From assembly GCA_963736115.1 (NCBI GenBank), contig CAVTNR010000027.1, positions 1 to 64,000 on the forward strand: a DNA stretch of 64,000 nt, in the 5' to 3' direction. The notes beneath the pieces are model-generated. The model had not been told where the DNA came from, ran no database searches, and saw only the letters and a list, made by a program, of their open reading frames with translations. Numbering within the stretch: position 1 is the stretch's first letter; each line of letters begins with the position of its first letter. The position numbers and the translations under genes were made by a program. Of the stretch, positions 29,885 to 43,230 are shown one piece after another. Source of the DNA: an uncultured bacterium. GTDB lineage: Bacteria; Zhuqueibacterota; QNDG01; DTFT01.

Positions 29885-31231
29885 TTATTTCATCCCATAT
29901 TTCTTCATCCTGTATCGCAGATGCCTCTCGGAAATACCCAGACTGCGGGCGGCTTCGCTCTGATTCCCTGAAGCGGCCGCAAGCGCTTCTCGGATCAGAC
30001 GCATTTCCAATTCCTCCACTTTTCCGGGCAAGGTGACCGGCCCGGCCTGAGCCGGATGTGACGAAGCCGCCGGATCCAGATCTTCCACCTGAATCCCTTC
30101 GTCCCCGGCTGTCACTACGGCCCGGTGTATCATGTTTTCCAGTTCTCGGACATTGCCCGGAAAGTCGTACCCGGAAAGCCAGCCCAGGGCTTCGGTGCTC
30201 ATACCGGCGGAGGGCCTGGACTCCTCCTCTGAAAAAATCCGCAGAAAATGATCGGCCAGCAGGGGAATTTCCTCCCGTCTTTCGCGGAGCGGCGGGATGC
30301 GTATCTGCAGGACGTTCAGGCGGTAGAAAAGATCCTCCCGGAAACGGCCTTCCCGCATGCCGGATTCAAGATCCCGGTGCGTTGCCGCGATGATGCGAAC
30401 ATCGACCCGTACCGGCTTTGCGCTGCCGATGCGTTCCACGGTGCGTTCCTGGAGGACGCGGAGCATCTTGATCTGGACGGCCTGGGGCGCGTCCCCGATC
30501 TCGTCTATGAACAGGGTTCCGCCTTCCGCGGTTTCGAAACGGCCGGCCCTGGCCCTGTCTGCCCCGGTGAAGGCGCCTTTTTCATGGCCGAACAGCTCGC
30601 TCTCGGCGAGCGTCTCCGGAATGGCGGCCAGGTTCACGGCGATAAAAGGTCTGTCCCTCCTGGGGCCGGCCAGGTGAATGGCGCGCGCCAGTACCTCTTT
30701 TCCGGTTCCGCTTTCTCCGAGAATCAGCACTGTGGCGCGGCTCCGGCTGGCGGAAACAGCCTGTTCGAGAACACGCGCCATGGCCGGGCTTGCGCTGATA
30801 ATCTGGCTGAATCCGCCCCGTCCGTCCAATTTTTCTTTCAGGACCCGGTTCTCCCGTTCCAGATCCCTCCTGTCCAAACATTTCTCGATCACCAGGTCGA
30901 GATGGTCCAGGTCCACGGGCTTGGGCAGGTAATCCGATGCGCCGGCGCGGACTGCTTCCACCGCGTCCTGAATGCTTCCGAATGCGGTCATAACCACGAC
31001 GCCTGTTTCGGGTTTCTCCTTTTTAACGGCGGCCAGCAGCGAAATGCCGTCGAGGTCCGGCATGCGCACGTCGGTGAGCACCAGATCCGGGTCGTGCTGG
31101 CGGACGGCATCGAGCGCGTCGCGGCCGCCCGAAGCCTTGAACACGCGGTGTCCGCGTTTCTTCAGGTAACCGGCGAGCGCGTCGAGCTGAGCGACTTCGT
31201 CATCAACGATTACCATTGTTGCCGTTTTCAT
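29885..31231 (-). CDS. sigma54-dependent response regulator (NtrC/ZraR/AtoC family)
   Basis: REC (IVDDE, TDVRMP); AAA+ GESGTGKE, ESELFGHEKGAFTGA, FREDLFYRL, FPGNVREL; Fis-type HTH. Confidence 0.95.
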   Translation of the reverse strand: MKTATMVIVDDEVAQLDALAGYLKKRGHRVFKASGGRDALDAVRQHDPDLVLTDVRMPDLDGISLLAAVKKEKPETGVVVMTAFGSIQDAVEAVRAGASDYLPKPVDLDHLDLVIEKCLDRRDLERENRVLKEKLDGRGGFSQIISASPAMARVLEQAVSASRSRATVLILGESGTGKEVLARAIHLAGPRRDRPFIAVNLAAIPETLAESELFGHEKGAFTGADRARAGRFETAEGGTLFIDEIGDAPQAVQIKMLRVLQERTVERIGSAKPVRVDVRIIAATHRDLESGMREGRFREDLFYRLNVLQIRIPPLRERREEIPLLADHFLRIFSEEESRPSAGMSTEALGWLSGYDFPGNVRELENMIHRAVVTAGDEGIQVEDLDPAASSHPAQAGPVTLPGKVEELEMRLIREALAAASGNQSEAARSLGISERHLRYRMKKYGMK

Positions 31232-33263
31232 GAACAGCAGTCTCCTTCGGTATGCAAAGCCGGAACAGGGCGCCTCCGGCCGGCCGGTTCAGTCCTTCCA
31301 GTGTTCCGCCGTGCGCGCGCGCGACATGCATCGCGATGGGCAGGCCCATTCCCGTGCCGCCGGACTTGGTGGTGAAGTACAGGTCGAATATCCGGGTCCG
31401 GACGTCTTCTCCCAATCCGGATCCGTTGTCCGCCACTTCGAAACAGTAGGAATCGGCCCCGTCGATCCCGGACAGGGTCACCTCTCCTCCGGCCGGCGAC
31501 GCGTCCAGTGCGTTGCCGAGCAGGTTGAGCAGGGCCTGTTTGATCTGGTCGACATCCAGGCGCAGGACAGTCTTGTCTTTCCGGGGCACGGAAAAACCGA
31601 CCCCACGGCCCGCGGCCGCGCTCTTGAAAAAATCGGCTGTCTCGCCGATCACGGCGTCCGCGGCCGATTGTCTGAAGGAAGGCGGCGCCATGCGGCTGAA
31701 TTCGAGAAACCGCCTGATGATATCGTCAACCCTGCGTATTTCGCGGACCATGGACATGGCCAGCGACCGGTATTCATCCTCATCCGATACGGGCTTGAAT
31801 TCCCTGAGAAACCGCTGACTGATCAGTCCCGCGGCGTTGATGGGATTGCGGATTTCGTGCGCTACGCCCGCCGCGAGACTGCCCATGGCCTGAAAACGCT
31901 CGCGCTCTCTCAGGCGCTCCTCGAGACGCTTCCTATCGGTATGATCCGTGGCCACCAGTATGGCGGCTTTCTTTCCGCGGTCGGAAGGGCCTGAAACCAG
32001 AGCGGCCCTCATGGACAGGATTCTTTTCTCACCCCGGATACGGCATTCGACTTCCGGCCGGTTCACTGAGTCCGTACCGGACAGGGCTTCCCGCATGGGT
32101 TCCGTGCACGGGGAATCGCTGTCCAGCGGCTTGCCGATGACGTCCTCCGCACGGAAACCGAAGAGGGTTTCCGCGGCCCGGTTCACTACGGACACACTGC
32201 CGTTCCGGTCCGTAACGATCACGGCGTCCGCGAGATTCTCGAAAATACGGCCCGTATTCGTCCTGAACCGGCTGTAGGATTCAGCCAGCGTCCGCAGGCG
32301 TTCCGAAGCGGCGTACAGGCTGACAGCCGCCAATCCGATAAACACCAGCACCAGAGAAGACAGGAGGATGCGCGTCCGTGTGCTGGCCATCATGCGGTCG
32401 TAAATGCCCGCATCCAGACCGACCCGGAACACGGCCGCCTGATCATCCGATCCGCCGAACGGGCCGGCGAATTCGAACACGTCCCCGCCGTCTCCGGGAA
32501 TCCGCCGCCAGACGTTCCGGCCTGTTCCGAGAATGTTCCGGAGAAAAGGATCGGATCGTATGGAAGACAGCTCGGCTACGCCGCTGCTGGCCATGCGTAT
32601 GCCCAGGGAATCCTGAAGGACGATATATGCGGCCCCGCTTTTTCGTGCCATTTCCTGCATCAGCCGGCCGGGCCCGAGTTCGCTCCGCAATCGGTTCAGT
32701 TCCAGGGCGTCTGAACCTGCCGCGACTGCGCCGCCCGAGGCGAGGCGCAAAGCCACAAAGATGAAGGAAGAGAGTGTGTCCGCACCTCCTGTCTGGACAA
32801 CCAATGTATCGGTTTCACCCGATAAAACAGGCCGGAGTGTCGTCTCGGAAAGGGCTGGAACGCGAGCCTTGAATAAGGGCGATTCGGCAGTCAGAACACA
32901 CCTGCCGGACGGCGAGAAAAGGAAAATCGCATCCGATCCATGTTGTTTTCTCAGAATGGACAGGGATCGCGGCGTAAGCCCGCCGGCCCGATGCAGGTCG
33001 CGGGCCTCGGCCGCGGTGCGCAAAAGATCGCTGAAAAAGTTCTCTTCGAGACGCTCATACGCGAGAACGGAACGCTTTCCGCTTGCCTGAAGCGCATCCA
33101 GCAGGATGTCGCCTTCCGCGCGTATCATGGCCAGGGTATCCCGACGGTCGCGCCTGTATTCATAAAAAGCGAAACCCGTGAGCAGGGGCACAAGAAGGGC
33201 CATGGCCGCGAGAAGCGCGGCAGGCTGGATGGAAAGGAAGGATTTCAGGCGTCGGTTTGGCAT
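31203..33263 (-). CDS. Membrane sensor histidine kinase with periplasmic domain and PAS
   Basis: Two TMs, PAS (VNRAAETLFG), H-box VAHEIRNP, NLLGNA, DNGSG, FTTKSGGTGMGL. Confidence 0.95.
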   Translation of the reverse strand: MPNRRLKSFLSIQPAALLAAMALLVPLLTGFAFYEYRRDRRDTLAMIRAEGDILLDALQASGKRSVLAYERLEENFFSDLLRTAAEARDLHRAGGLTPRSLSILRKQHGSDAIFLFSPSGRCVLTAESPLFKARVPALSETTLRPVLSGETDTLVVQTGGADTLSSFIFVALRLASGGAVAAGSDALELNRLRSELGPGRLMQEMARKSGAAYIVLQDSLGIRMASSGVAELSSIRSDPFLRNILGTGRNVWRRIPGDGGDVFEFAGPFGGSDDQAAVFRVGLDAGIYDRMMASTRTRILLSSLVLVFIGLAAVSLYAASERLRTLAESYSRFRTNTGRIFENLADAVIVTDRNGSVSVVNRAAETLFGFRAEDVIGKPLDSDSPCTEPMREALSGTDSVNRPEVECRIRGEKRILSMRAALVSGPSDRGKKAAILVATDHTDRKRLEERLRERERFQAMGSLAAGVAHEIRNPINAAGLISQRFLREFKPVSDEDEYRSLAMSMVREIRRVDDIIRRFLEFSRMAPPSFRQSAADAVIGETADFFKSAAAGRGVGFSVPRKDKTVLRLDVDQIKQALLNLLGNALDASPAGGEVTLSGIDGADSYCFEVADNGSGLGEDVRTRIFDLYFTTKSGGTGMGLPIAMHVARAHGGTLEGLNRPAGGALFRLCIPKETAVHENGNNGNR

Positions 33264-33415
33264 GGGCGAGTCCTCCGGAATATACGAAATCCGGAGAGAT
33301 TTGGGTATTGGATTATCAGCGAACGCATGTCAACAATCAGCCGGCATATCACATACTAATTCCGCGGGGGATCGCCCGCGGAGAACATTTCGTCTGCGAT
33401 GCGGAACGCGCGTTC

Positions 33416-34150
33416 CTAGAGGGTCCAGACCAGACCCACGGACCCGTAATGAAATAGACTGAACGTGTACACCTCGTCGTTGTCCGCGCCTCCTTCAAGA
33501 ATCCGGTACCCGGCTTTGACTTTCAGTTTCGGGTGAACGGCCAGCAGCATGCCTGCGAAAACGTCCTCGGCCCTGCCCTGCGGAGCGGCCAGAGCGTCTC
33601 CTTCCAAAAGCAGATGAAGCACACCGGCCGGTTTCCAGCAGAATCGGAAATTGAGAATAGGCACGAATCCGACATTCGATTTCGTTTCAGAGAGCCCCGC
33701 GGACGAAAGCCCGATTTCGGCATCCCGGATTTTGGCCGTAAGCCCGAGACCCGCGTCCAGGCGGTCTCCCCGGAAAACCTCGTACCGCCAGGTCAGTCGG
33801 TATGAATCGAACCGGTAATCGCCCCGGATCGGTGCGTTTTGGGGGAATACGGTGTCACGGAACAGAACCGACTGATCAAACCGGCCTTCGGCTTTCAGCC
33901 GAAGCGGGGCCGCCAGAAAAGACAGCGTGTTTCTGCCGGACACCCGGCTGATCCGGAAGCGGCCAAAAGGAACCGCGTCCGTGCTCAGAGCTTCAGAAAA
34001 TGAAAACCGGGTTCCTGCGTCTCCCGGAACTGCGGCGTCATTATACCCGGACAACACAATTCCGGATTCGATGTCAAATTCCCACTGTCCGGCGGTTAAA
34101 GGGCAGACCGTAAAAAGGACTGCGGTCAAGACCAGCCTTCCAATCTTCAT
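33416..34150 (-). CDS. Hypothetical outer-membrane beta-barrel protein
   Basis: GAGG RBS, signal peptide, YRFDSYRLTWRY, GYRILEGGADNDEVY, terminal GLVWTL. Confidence 0.75.
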   Translation of the reverse strand: MKIGRLVLTAVLFTVCPLTAGQWEFDIESGIVLSGYNDAAVPGDAGTRFSFSEALSTDAVPFGRFRISRVSGRNTLSFLAAPLRLKAEGRFDQSVLFRDTVFPQNAPIRGDYRFDSYRLTWRYEVFRGDRLDAGLGLTAKIRDAEIGLSSAGLSETKSNVGFVPILNFRFCWKPAGVLHLLLEGDALAAPQGRAEDVFAGMLLAVHPKLKVKAGYRILEGGADNDEVYTFSLFHYGSVGLVWTL

Positions 34151-34271
34151 GTTATCCTCCTCTGATGAGATTCTTCTGAGATATGGGAACAGGACTTCAT
34201 AAGATATTTTAATATGATCCTCGATGAAAATCAACAGTAAACTTCATCTCCTCCGGTGTCCGGACGCGGAT

Positions 34272-34305
34272 AAAAAAAGAGGCCTCGACTAATGTCGAGG
34301 CCTCT
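34272..34305 (-). terminator. rRNA operon intrinsic terminator
   Basis: AGAGGCCTCGAC/GTCGAGGCCTCT 12-bp stem followed by U7 on the minus strand. Confidence 0.9.
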
Positions 34306-34315
34306 CTATTTAAAT

Positions 34316-34432
34316 TCCCGGCGACGCCCTACTCTCCCACACGGTTACCCGAGTAGTACCATTGGCGCGGAAGGGCTTAACTGCCGAGTTCGGAATGGGA
34401 TCGGGTGTTTCCCCTTCGCTATGATCGCCGGA
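34316..34432 (-). rRNA. rrf: 5S rRNA
   Basis: ~117 nt; CCCGATCCCATTCCGAAC, GGGAGAGTAGG; paired termini. Confidence 0.95.
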
Positions 34433-34520
34433 ATTTTTTTCAAATAACCTTCTGGAAAGCAAGCAATCCTTACAAACAATCCATCATCTGCCATGATGAC
34501 AAGGAATTTTACTAAAAAAA

Positions 34521-37547
<3,027 letters not shown>

Positions 37548-37714
37548 AAAAATCCTTTGCATCATGGCAGATGATGCACTGCCTTAAGGATTTCTTCAAA
37601 CTAAAAGGTTTGAGAAGATACTTGCTTTCCAGAATTGTCAAAGAACTCGCGCGACGTCGTCCTCCCGGAGTCGAACCAGGATGGACGGTTTATCGTCAAA
37701 AACAATGGAATTCG

Positions 37715-37787
37715 TGGAGAATACCGGGATCGAACCGGTGACCTTCTGCTTGCAAACCAGACGCTCTCCCAGCTGAGCTAATTCCCC
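37715..37787 (-). tRNA. tRNA-Ala(TGC), CCA not encoded
   Basis: GGGGAATTAGCTCAGCTGGGAGAGC..TTTGCAA..GGTTCGATCCC..TTCTCCA; G3:U70 present. Confidence 0.95.
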
Positions 37788-37906
37788 GCTTGGATCGCTC
37801 TCCTTTTAACGGAGCGCACAGGGATACGGTCATCCGGTCTGGGTGGGCCACTCCCCCGGAAGGGGAAACCCTTCGCGTGACAGTGCTCCAGGCCCACATT
37901 AAGCGG

Positions 37907-37982
<76 letters not shown>

Positions 37983-38078
37983 GATATTTATATAAACGAC
38001 GCGTGCACGGCTCGAAGTATCGGCGCTTTCGACCTTGAAGTACGTTATGATCCGCTTGTGGCGTCCATAACCTGTACT

Positions 38079-39637
<1,559 letters not shown>

Positions 39638-39714
39638 AAATATATTTTTCTTATTTACTTCGGAGTGAAGATAAAACTAAAAGGCGTCGAACTGCGAAGG
39701 CCGTGCACGCGAAG

Positions 39715-39876
39715 TTTTCAAAGAACGGGTGTTTTGTCGTGCTGTCTCGTTTTGGACAGATGATAATATAACTTTTTGTCCAGGGAAAGTCAAGTGGAAA
39801 AATGAATTTTACATTTATTTTTCGGACTTGAATTTCAACAGCCTATAAATTTACAAAATCAATGTCCGTTTGTCAA
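39715..39876 (-). promoter_or_regulatory. rrn leader: tandem P1/P2 promoters and boxA
   Basis: TTGACA(39876-39871)-17-TAAATT; TTGACT(39793-39788)-17-TATATT; boxA-like GTTCTTTGAAAA at 39715-39726 (second boxA GTTCTTTGACAA at 37635-37646). Confidence 0.8.
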
Positions 39877-39977
39877 GCGAATTGTGATTCAAAAATGAAA
39901 AATCTTAACGGATCTGACGTGTCTACGTCAGGTTGTGCCTGACCGGTCTTTTCTGCGTTTCAGTAGGACCTGATTTC

Positions 39978-40748
39978 TCAGTATCGCACATCTTTATAAG
40001 ATTCAGTGATTTCCATTCGGATTTTCTTCACAATCAGACTGACAAAGACGCGCACCGCGAAATCATCCATGAAATATCGACCTTCAGGATCAATGGTGAA
40101 ACGCATGGACATTCCCATGTGTTTCACCATTTTGGGGAATTTTCCGGGTGTGAGTCGGGCGCACATAACAGTCGCTGAATCCTGTGACAGAACGTATTCC
40201 GCGAAAAAACGGTCCTCAGCCGGAATCCTGGGCGAAGCCGTGAACCGCCTGAGACTGCGGCCTCCGACGACCGTATCCTTCATCCAGAAGAATCGGTAAT
40301 CACTTCGGACCTCCCTTCGGAAAACGAACAGGTCTTCGCTGCCCATCGAAAAGGAGGCTTCTTTCTTATCATCATGCTTCTTTTTATCGTTCTTCCTCTT
40401 CTCCTGTTCCGCCCTGTCCTTCGCAACTTTTTTGATCCATTCCTGCGTGACGTCCAGGGACTTTCCGTCTTTCTTTTCGATGGCCTGCAGTACCGAGTCA
40501 ACGCGCGTCGAATCGCGGAACACGACGGCCTTGAGAATCGTGGTGACGGATTTCGGTTGTCCGTCCCCGTCCAGTTCCTTCACGGTCTGAACCGCTGTCA
40601 TGGATTTGGGCGGGGGCTCCCCCAGCCTGCGGCACCCGGTTTCGAGCCGGTCCAGAAAGGCATCTCCCAAGTCCGATTGCGAGGTAAAAGCGGCGCTCGA
40701 ACCAAGCAGGCAGGCGATCACAATGGACAGGCGGATGACGCTTCTCAC
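39978..40748 (-). CDS. Hypothetical exported protein
   Basis: Signal peptide, Lys-rich linker, beta-rich C-terminus; fills the gap between known features. Confidence 0.65.
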   Translation of the reverse strand: MRSVIRLSIVIACLLGSSAAFTSQSDLGDAFLDRLETGCRRLGEPPPKSMTAVQTVKELDGDGQPKSVTTILKAVVFRDSTRVDSVLQAIEKKDGKSLDVTQEWIKKVAKDRAEQEKRKNDKKKHDDKKEASFSMGSEDLFVFRREVRSDYRFFWMKDTVVGGRSLRRFTASPRIPAEDRFFAEYVLSQDSATVMCARLTPGKFPKMVKHMGMSMRFTIDPEGRYFMDDFAVRVFVSLIVKKIRMEITESYKDVRY

Positions 40749-40812
40749 GGCGGTTGTCTCCGGCAGTCGTGTTCAGGAACAGACGCGATGATTGTGGAAC
40801 GCCGCACAAGCG

Positions 40813-41592
40813 TCATCCGTTCCTGACAAAAACATCGCCGAGCAGAGCCAGGCCTTTCACTGTGAGTTTCTTCGCGACCGGCGAACCGTTCCGCCGGCCG
40901 GTTTCGCCGGGCGCGGTTTCATTCTTCAGGTCTCCGATCAGGGAGGTTCCCCGGATCACGATTTCCCATCCCTTGGGGACGAGGATCTCGACCGTGCCGA
41001 GAATAGAAAGCACATCGAGCGACGCCTCGCCTTCCAGTTCAGCGCGGGTCAAATCCACTTTTCCATTAGAAAGAACGGAAGTCACCTGAGCACCGCGGAA
41101 ACGACGCGATTCAATGCGATGATGCGTGCCCCCCAGAATCCACAGGATCTCCGGCGAATCGGACGTATCCGAGACACCGCGGATGCCGGATGAACCCGCG
41201 GAACGTCCGTCCTTTCCGGATTCGGGAAAGACGGCAGTGCCGTCCCCGGTTCCGGACGGTGATGTGCCCGATTTTGACCGGAACAGCAGCATCAGGCCGA
41301 TCGCGATGATGAGAAGGGGCCAGATGAAATCGATGTCCATCCGGTAAAATCCGAGTGTGGACCCCAGGAACAGGACGCCGAAGCCGACCCAGAGCCATCC
41401 GTCGGCCCGGCGGCCACCGCTCCTTCCAAGCACGGATATGCCTTGCAGGATGAGCAGGCAGGGCCAGAAATCCCACAGATCCAGGCTCCAATCAAAGCCG
41501 AAATGTGGCATGAGCAGGAGCAGGCCGATGAGTATGAATCCGAAGGCAACGATCACCCGGCCTTCCGTTAATTTAATCCGGTTCTGTGCCAT
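40813..41592 (-). CDS. LiaF-like membrane protein (cell-wall-active antibiotic response type)
   Basis: Four short TMs with FWPCLLI/IWPLLIIAIG; C-terminal KVDLTRA..GTVEILVPKGW..KGLALLGDV; GGAGG RBS; TGnTATAAT at 41615-41623. Confidence 0.8.
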   Translation of the reverse strand: MAQNRIKLTEGRVIVAFGFILIGLLLLMPHFGFDWSLDLWDFWPCLLILQGISVLGRSGGRRADGWLWVGFGVLFLGSTLGFYRMDIDFIWPLLIIAIGLMLLFRSKSGTSPSGTGDGTAVFPESGKDGRSAGSSGIRGVSDTSDSPEILWILGGTHHRIESRRFRGAQVTSVLSNGKVDLTRAELEGEASLDVLSILGTVEILVPKGWEIVIRGTSLIGDLKNETAPGETGRRNGSPVAKKLTVKGLALLGDVFVRNG

Positions 41593-41716
41593 GGGTCCTC
41601 CAAGGTGGCGGTTCATTATAGCATACGCAGGAGGAAAGGACGATGTTTCGGGTTTTGGTTTTGAAACAGGAGCGGAATTTTCTATATTGTTTTATGGGTA
41701 CGGGCTCGAGGACCAA

Positions 41717-43084
41717 ATGAAAAAGCGAATCGCGGAACAGAGCATACTCTTCATCAGCGTCCTGAAATGGGTTTTCCTGGCCACCGTTGTCGGTGCCGTG
41801 GTCGGATTTTCGACGTCCCTGTTTCTCCTGACACTCACCGCGGCCACGGAATTCACCGGACGCTTCCAGTATTATTTTCTGGCATTGCCGGCGGCCTTCT
41901 GCCTGAGCGTGATCCTGGTCCGGCGCCTGGCTCCGGAGGCCGAGGGGCACGGGACTGAAAAAGTGATCGAGGCCGTGCACAAACGGTCGGGGAAAATACC
42001 TCTCGCCGTTGTTCCGGTCAAACTGGCGGCCACGGTCATCACGCTCGCCTCGGGCGGATCGGCCGGAAAGGAAGGCCCCTGCGCCCAGATCGGCGCGGGA
42101 CTGGCCTCGGCATTGGCCGACCTGTTCCGGTTCGCCGCAAAGGACCGTAAAAAACTCGTGATCTGCGGCATCAGCGCCGGTTTTGCCTCTGTATTCGGGA
42201 CTCCCATTGCCGGCGCCATTTTCGGCGTTGAGGTCCTTTTTGTCGGAGGCCTTTTATACGATGTTCTCCTGCCGTCATTCGTCTCCGGCATCATGGCCTA
42301 CCAGGTTTCGACAGCTCTCGGCGTGAAATATTTCAGTCATTCAATTCCCTTCACGCCCATCTTTCACGAAAGTTTTTTCCTGATGGTGGCCCTTTCCGGC
42401 GTGTATTTCGGCATCTGCTCCTTTCTGTTCATTGAAATGCTCGCAGCCACGGACCGCCTTTCGCGGGCTCTCCCCTGGTCCAGGATACAGAAAGCGCTCG
42501 CAGGAGGCGCTTTGATCTCCCTTGCGGGACTGATATTCTCGACGCGCTATCTCGGTCTCGGCTTGGAAACGATCGAGCAGGCACTGAAAGGCGGAACCGT
42601 CTCCTGGTTCGCTTTCCCGCTGAAGGCCCTTCTGACCGCCGTCACCCTGAATTTCGGGGGCAGCGGGGGGATCGTCACTCCGCTCTTCTATCTCGGCGCC
42701 ACGTCCGGCAGCCTGTTCGCGAATATCACCGGGCTTGATCCGGCGACGTTCTCCGCCATCGGCCTGGTCGCCGTTCTGGCGGGCGCAGCCAACACGCCTA
42801 TCGCGGCCGGCATTCTGTCCATCGAACTGTTCGGCCGCTCCATCGGACCCTACGCCTGCGTGGCCTGCGTCATCAGTTTCCTGATGACCGGACACCGCAG
42901 TGTCTATCCTTCACAGATCCTTTCCGTAAAAAAGTCGCAGTCCCTGGACGTTCCGATCGGCGAGGAAATGGAGGATGTGCGTGCAAAGATACGGATACGC
43001 GAGAAAAGCCTCGTTTCGATGATGGTCCGCAGCTTTAAAACCGTCCGCGATTGGATTCGATCGAGGCTGCGTAACGGAAAATGA
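41717..43084 (+). CDS. CLC-family chloride channel/transporter
   Basis: GHGTEKVI, GGSAGKEGP, FGTPIAGAIF, GGSGGIVTP, AANTPIA; start MKKRIAEQ after GAGG. Confidence 0.92.
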   Translation: MKKRIAEQSILFISVLKWVFLATVVGAVVGFSTSLFLLTLTAATEFTGRFQYYFLALPAAFCLSVILVRRLAPEAEGHGTEKVIEAVHKRSGKIPLAVVPVKLAATVITLASGGSAGKEGPCAQIGAGLASALADLFRFAAKDRKKLVICGISAGFASVFGTPIAGAIFGVEVLFVGGLLYDVLLPSFVSGIMAYQVSTALGVKYFSHSIPFTPIFHESFFLMVALSGVYFGICSFLFIEMLAATDRLSRALPWSRIQKALAGGALISLAGLIFSTRYLGLGLETIEQALKGGTVSWFAFPLKALLTAVTLNFGGSGGIVTPLFYLGATSGSLFANITGLDPATFSAIGLVAVLAGAANTPIAAGILSIELFGRSIGPYACVACVISFLMTGHRSVYPSQILSVKKSQSLDVPIGEEMEDVRAKIRIREKSLVSMMVRSFKTVRDWIRSRLRNGK

Positions 43085-43230
43085 GGCGAAGGAACCGTCC
43101 TGCCGCTCCTGTCTGAGAATGCATTCGGCACCCGAACGTTCGGACGGCCTGCCGGCCGTTGTCTCCGAAAACGTCTTTCTCCATCCCCCATCCCGTCGCT
43201 GTCGCTGGGCTCGGATATCCGGACACCGCG

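Noticed and set aside
41357-41716. N-terminal extension of the CLC ORF (similar extensions on the CPA1, TreT and KamA ORFs)
   Set aside because: They overlap neighbouring genes or promoter regions; downstream starts fit the family N-termini and mostly have an RBS
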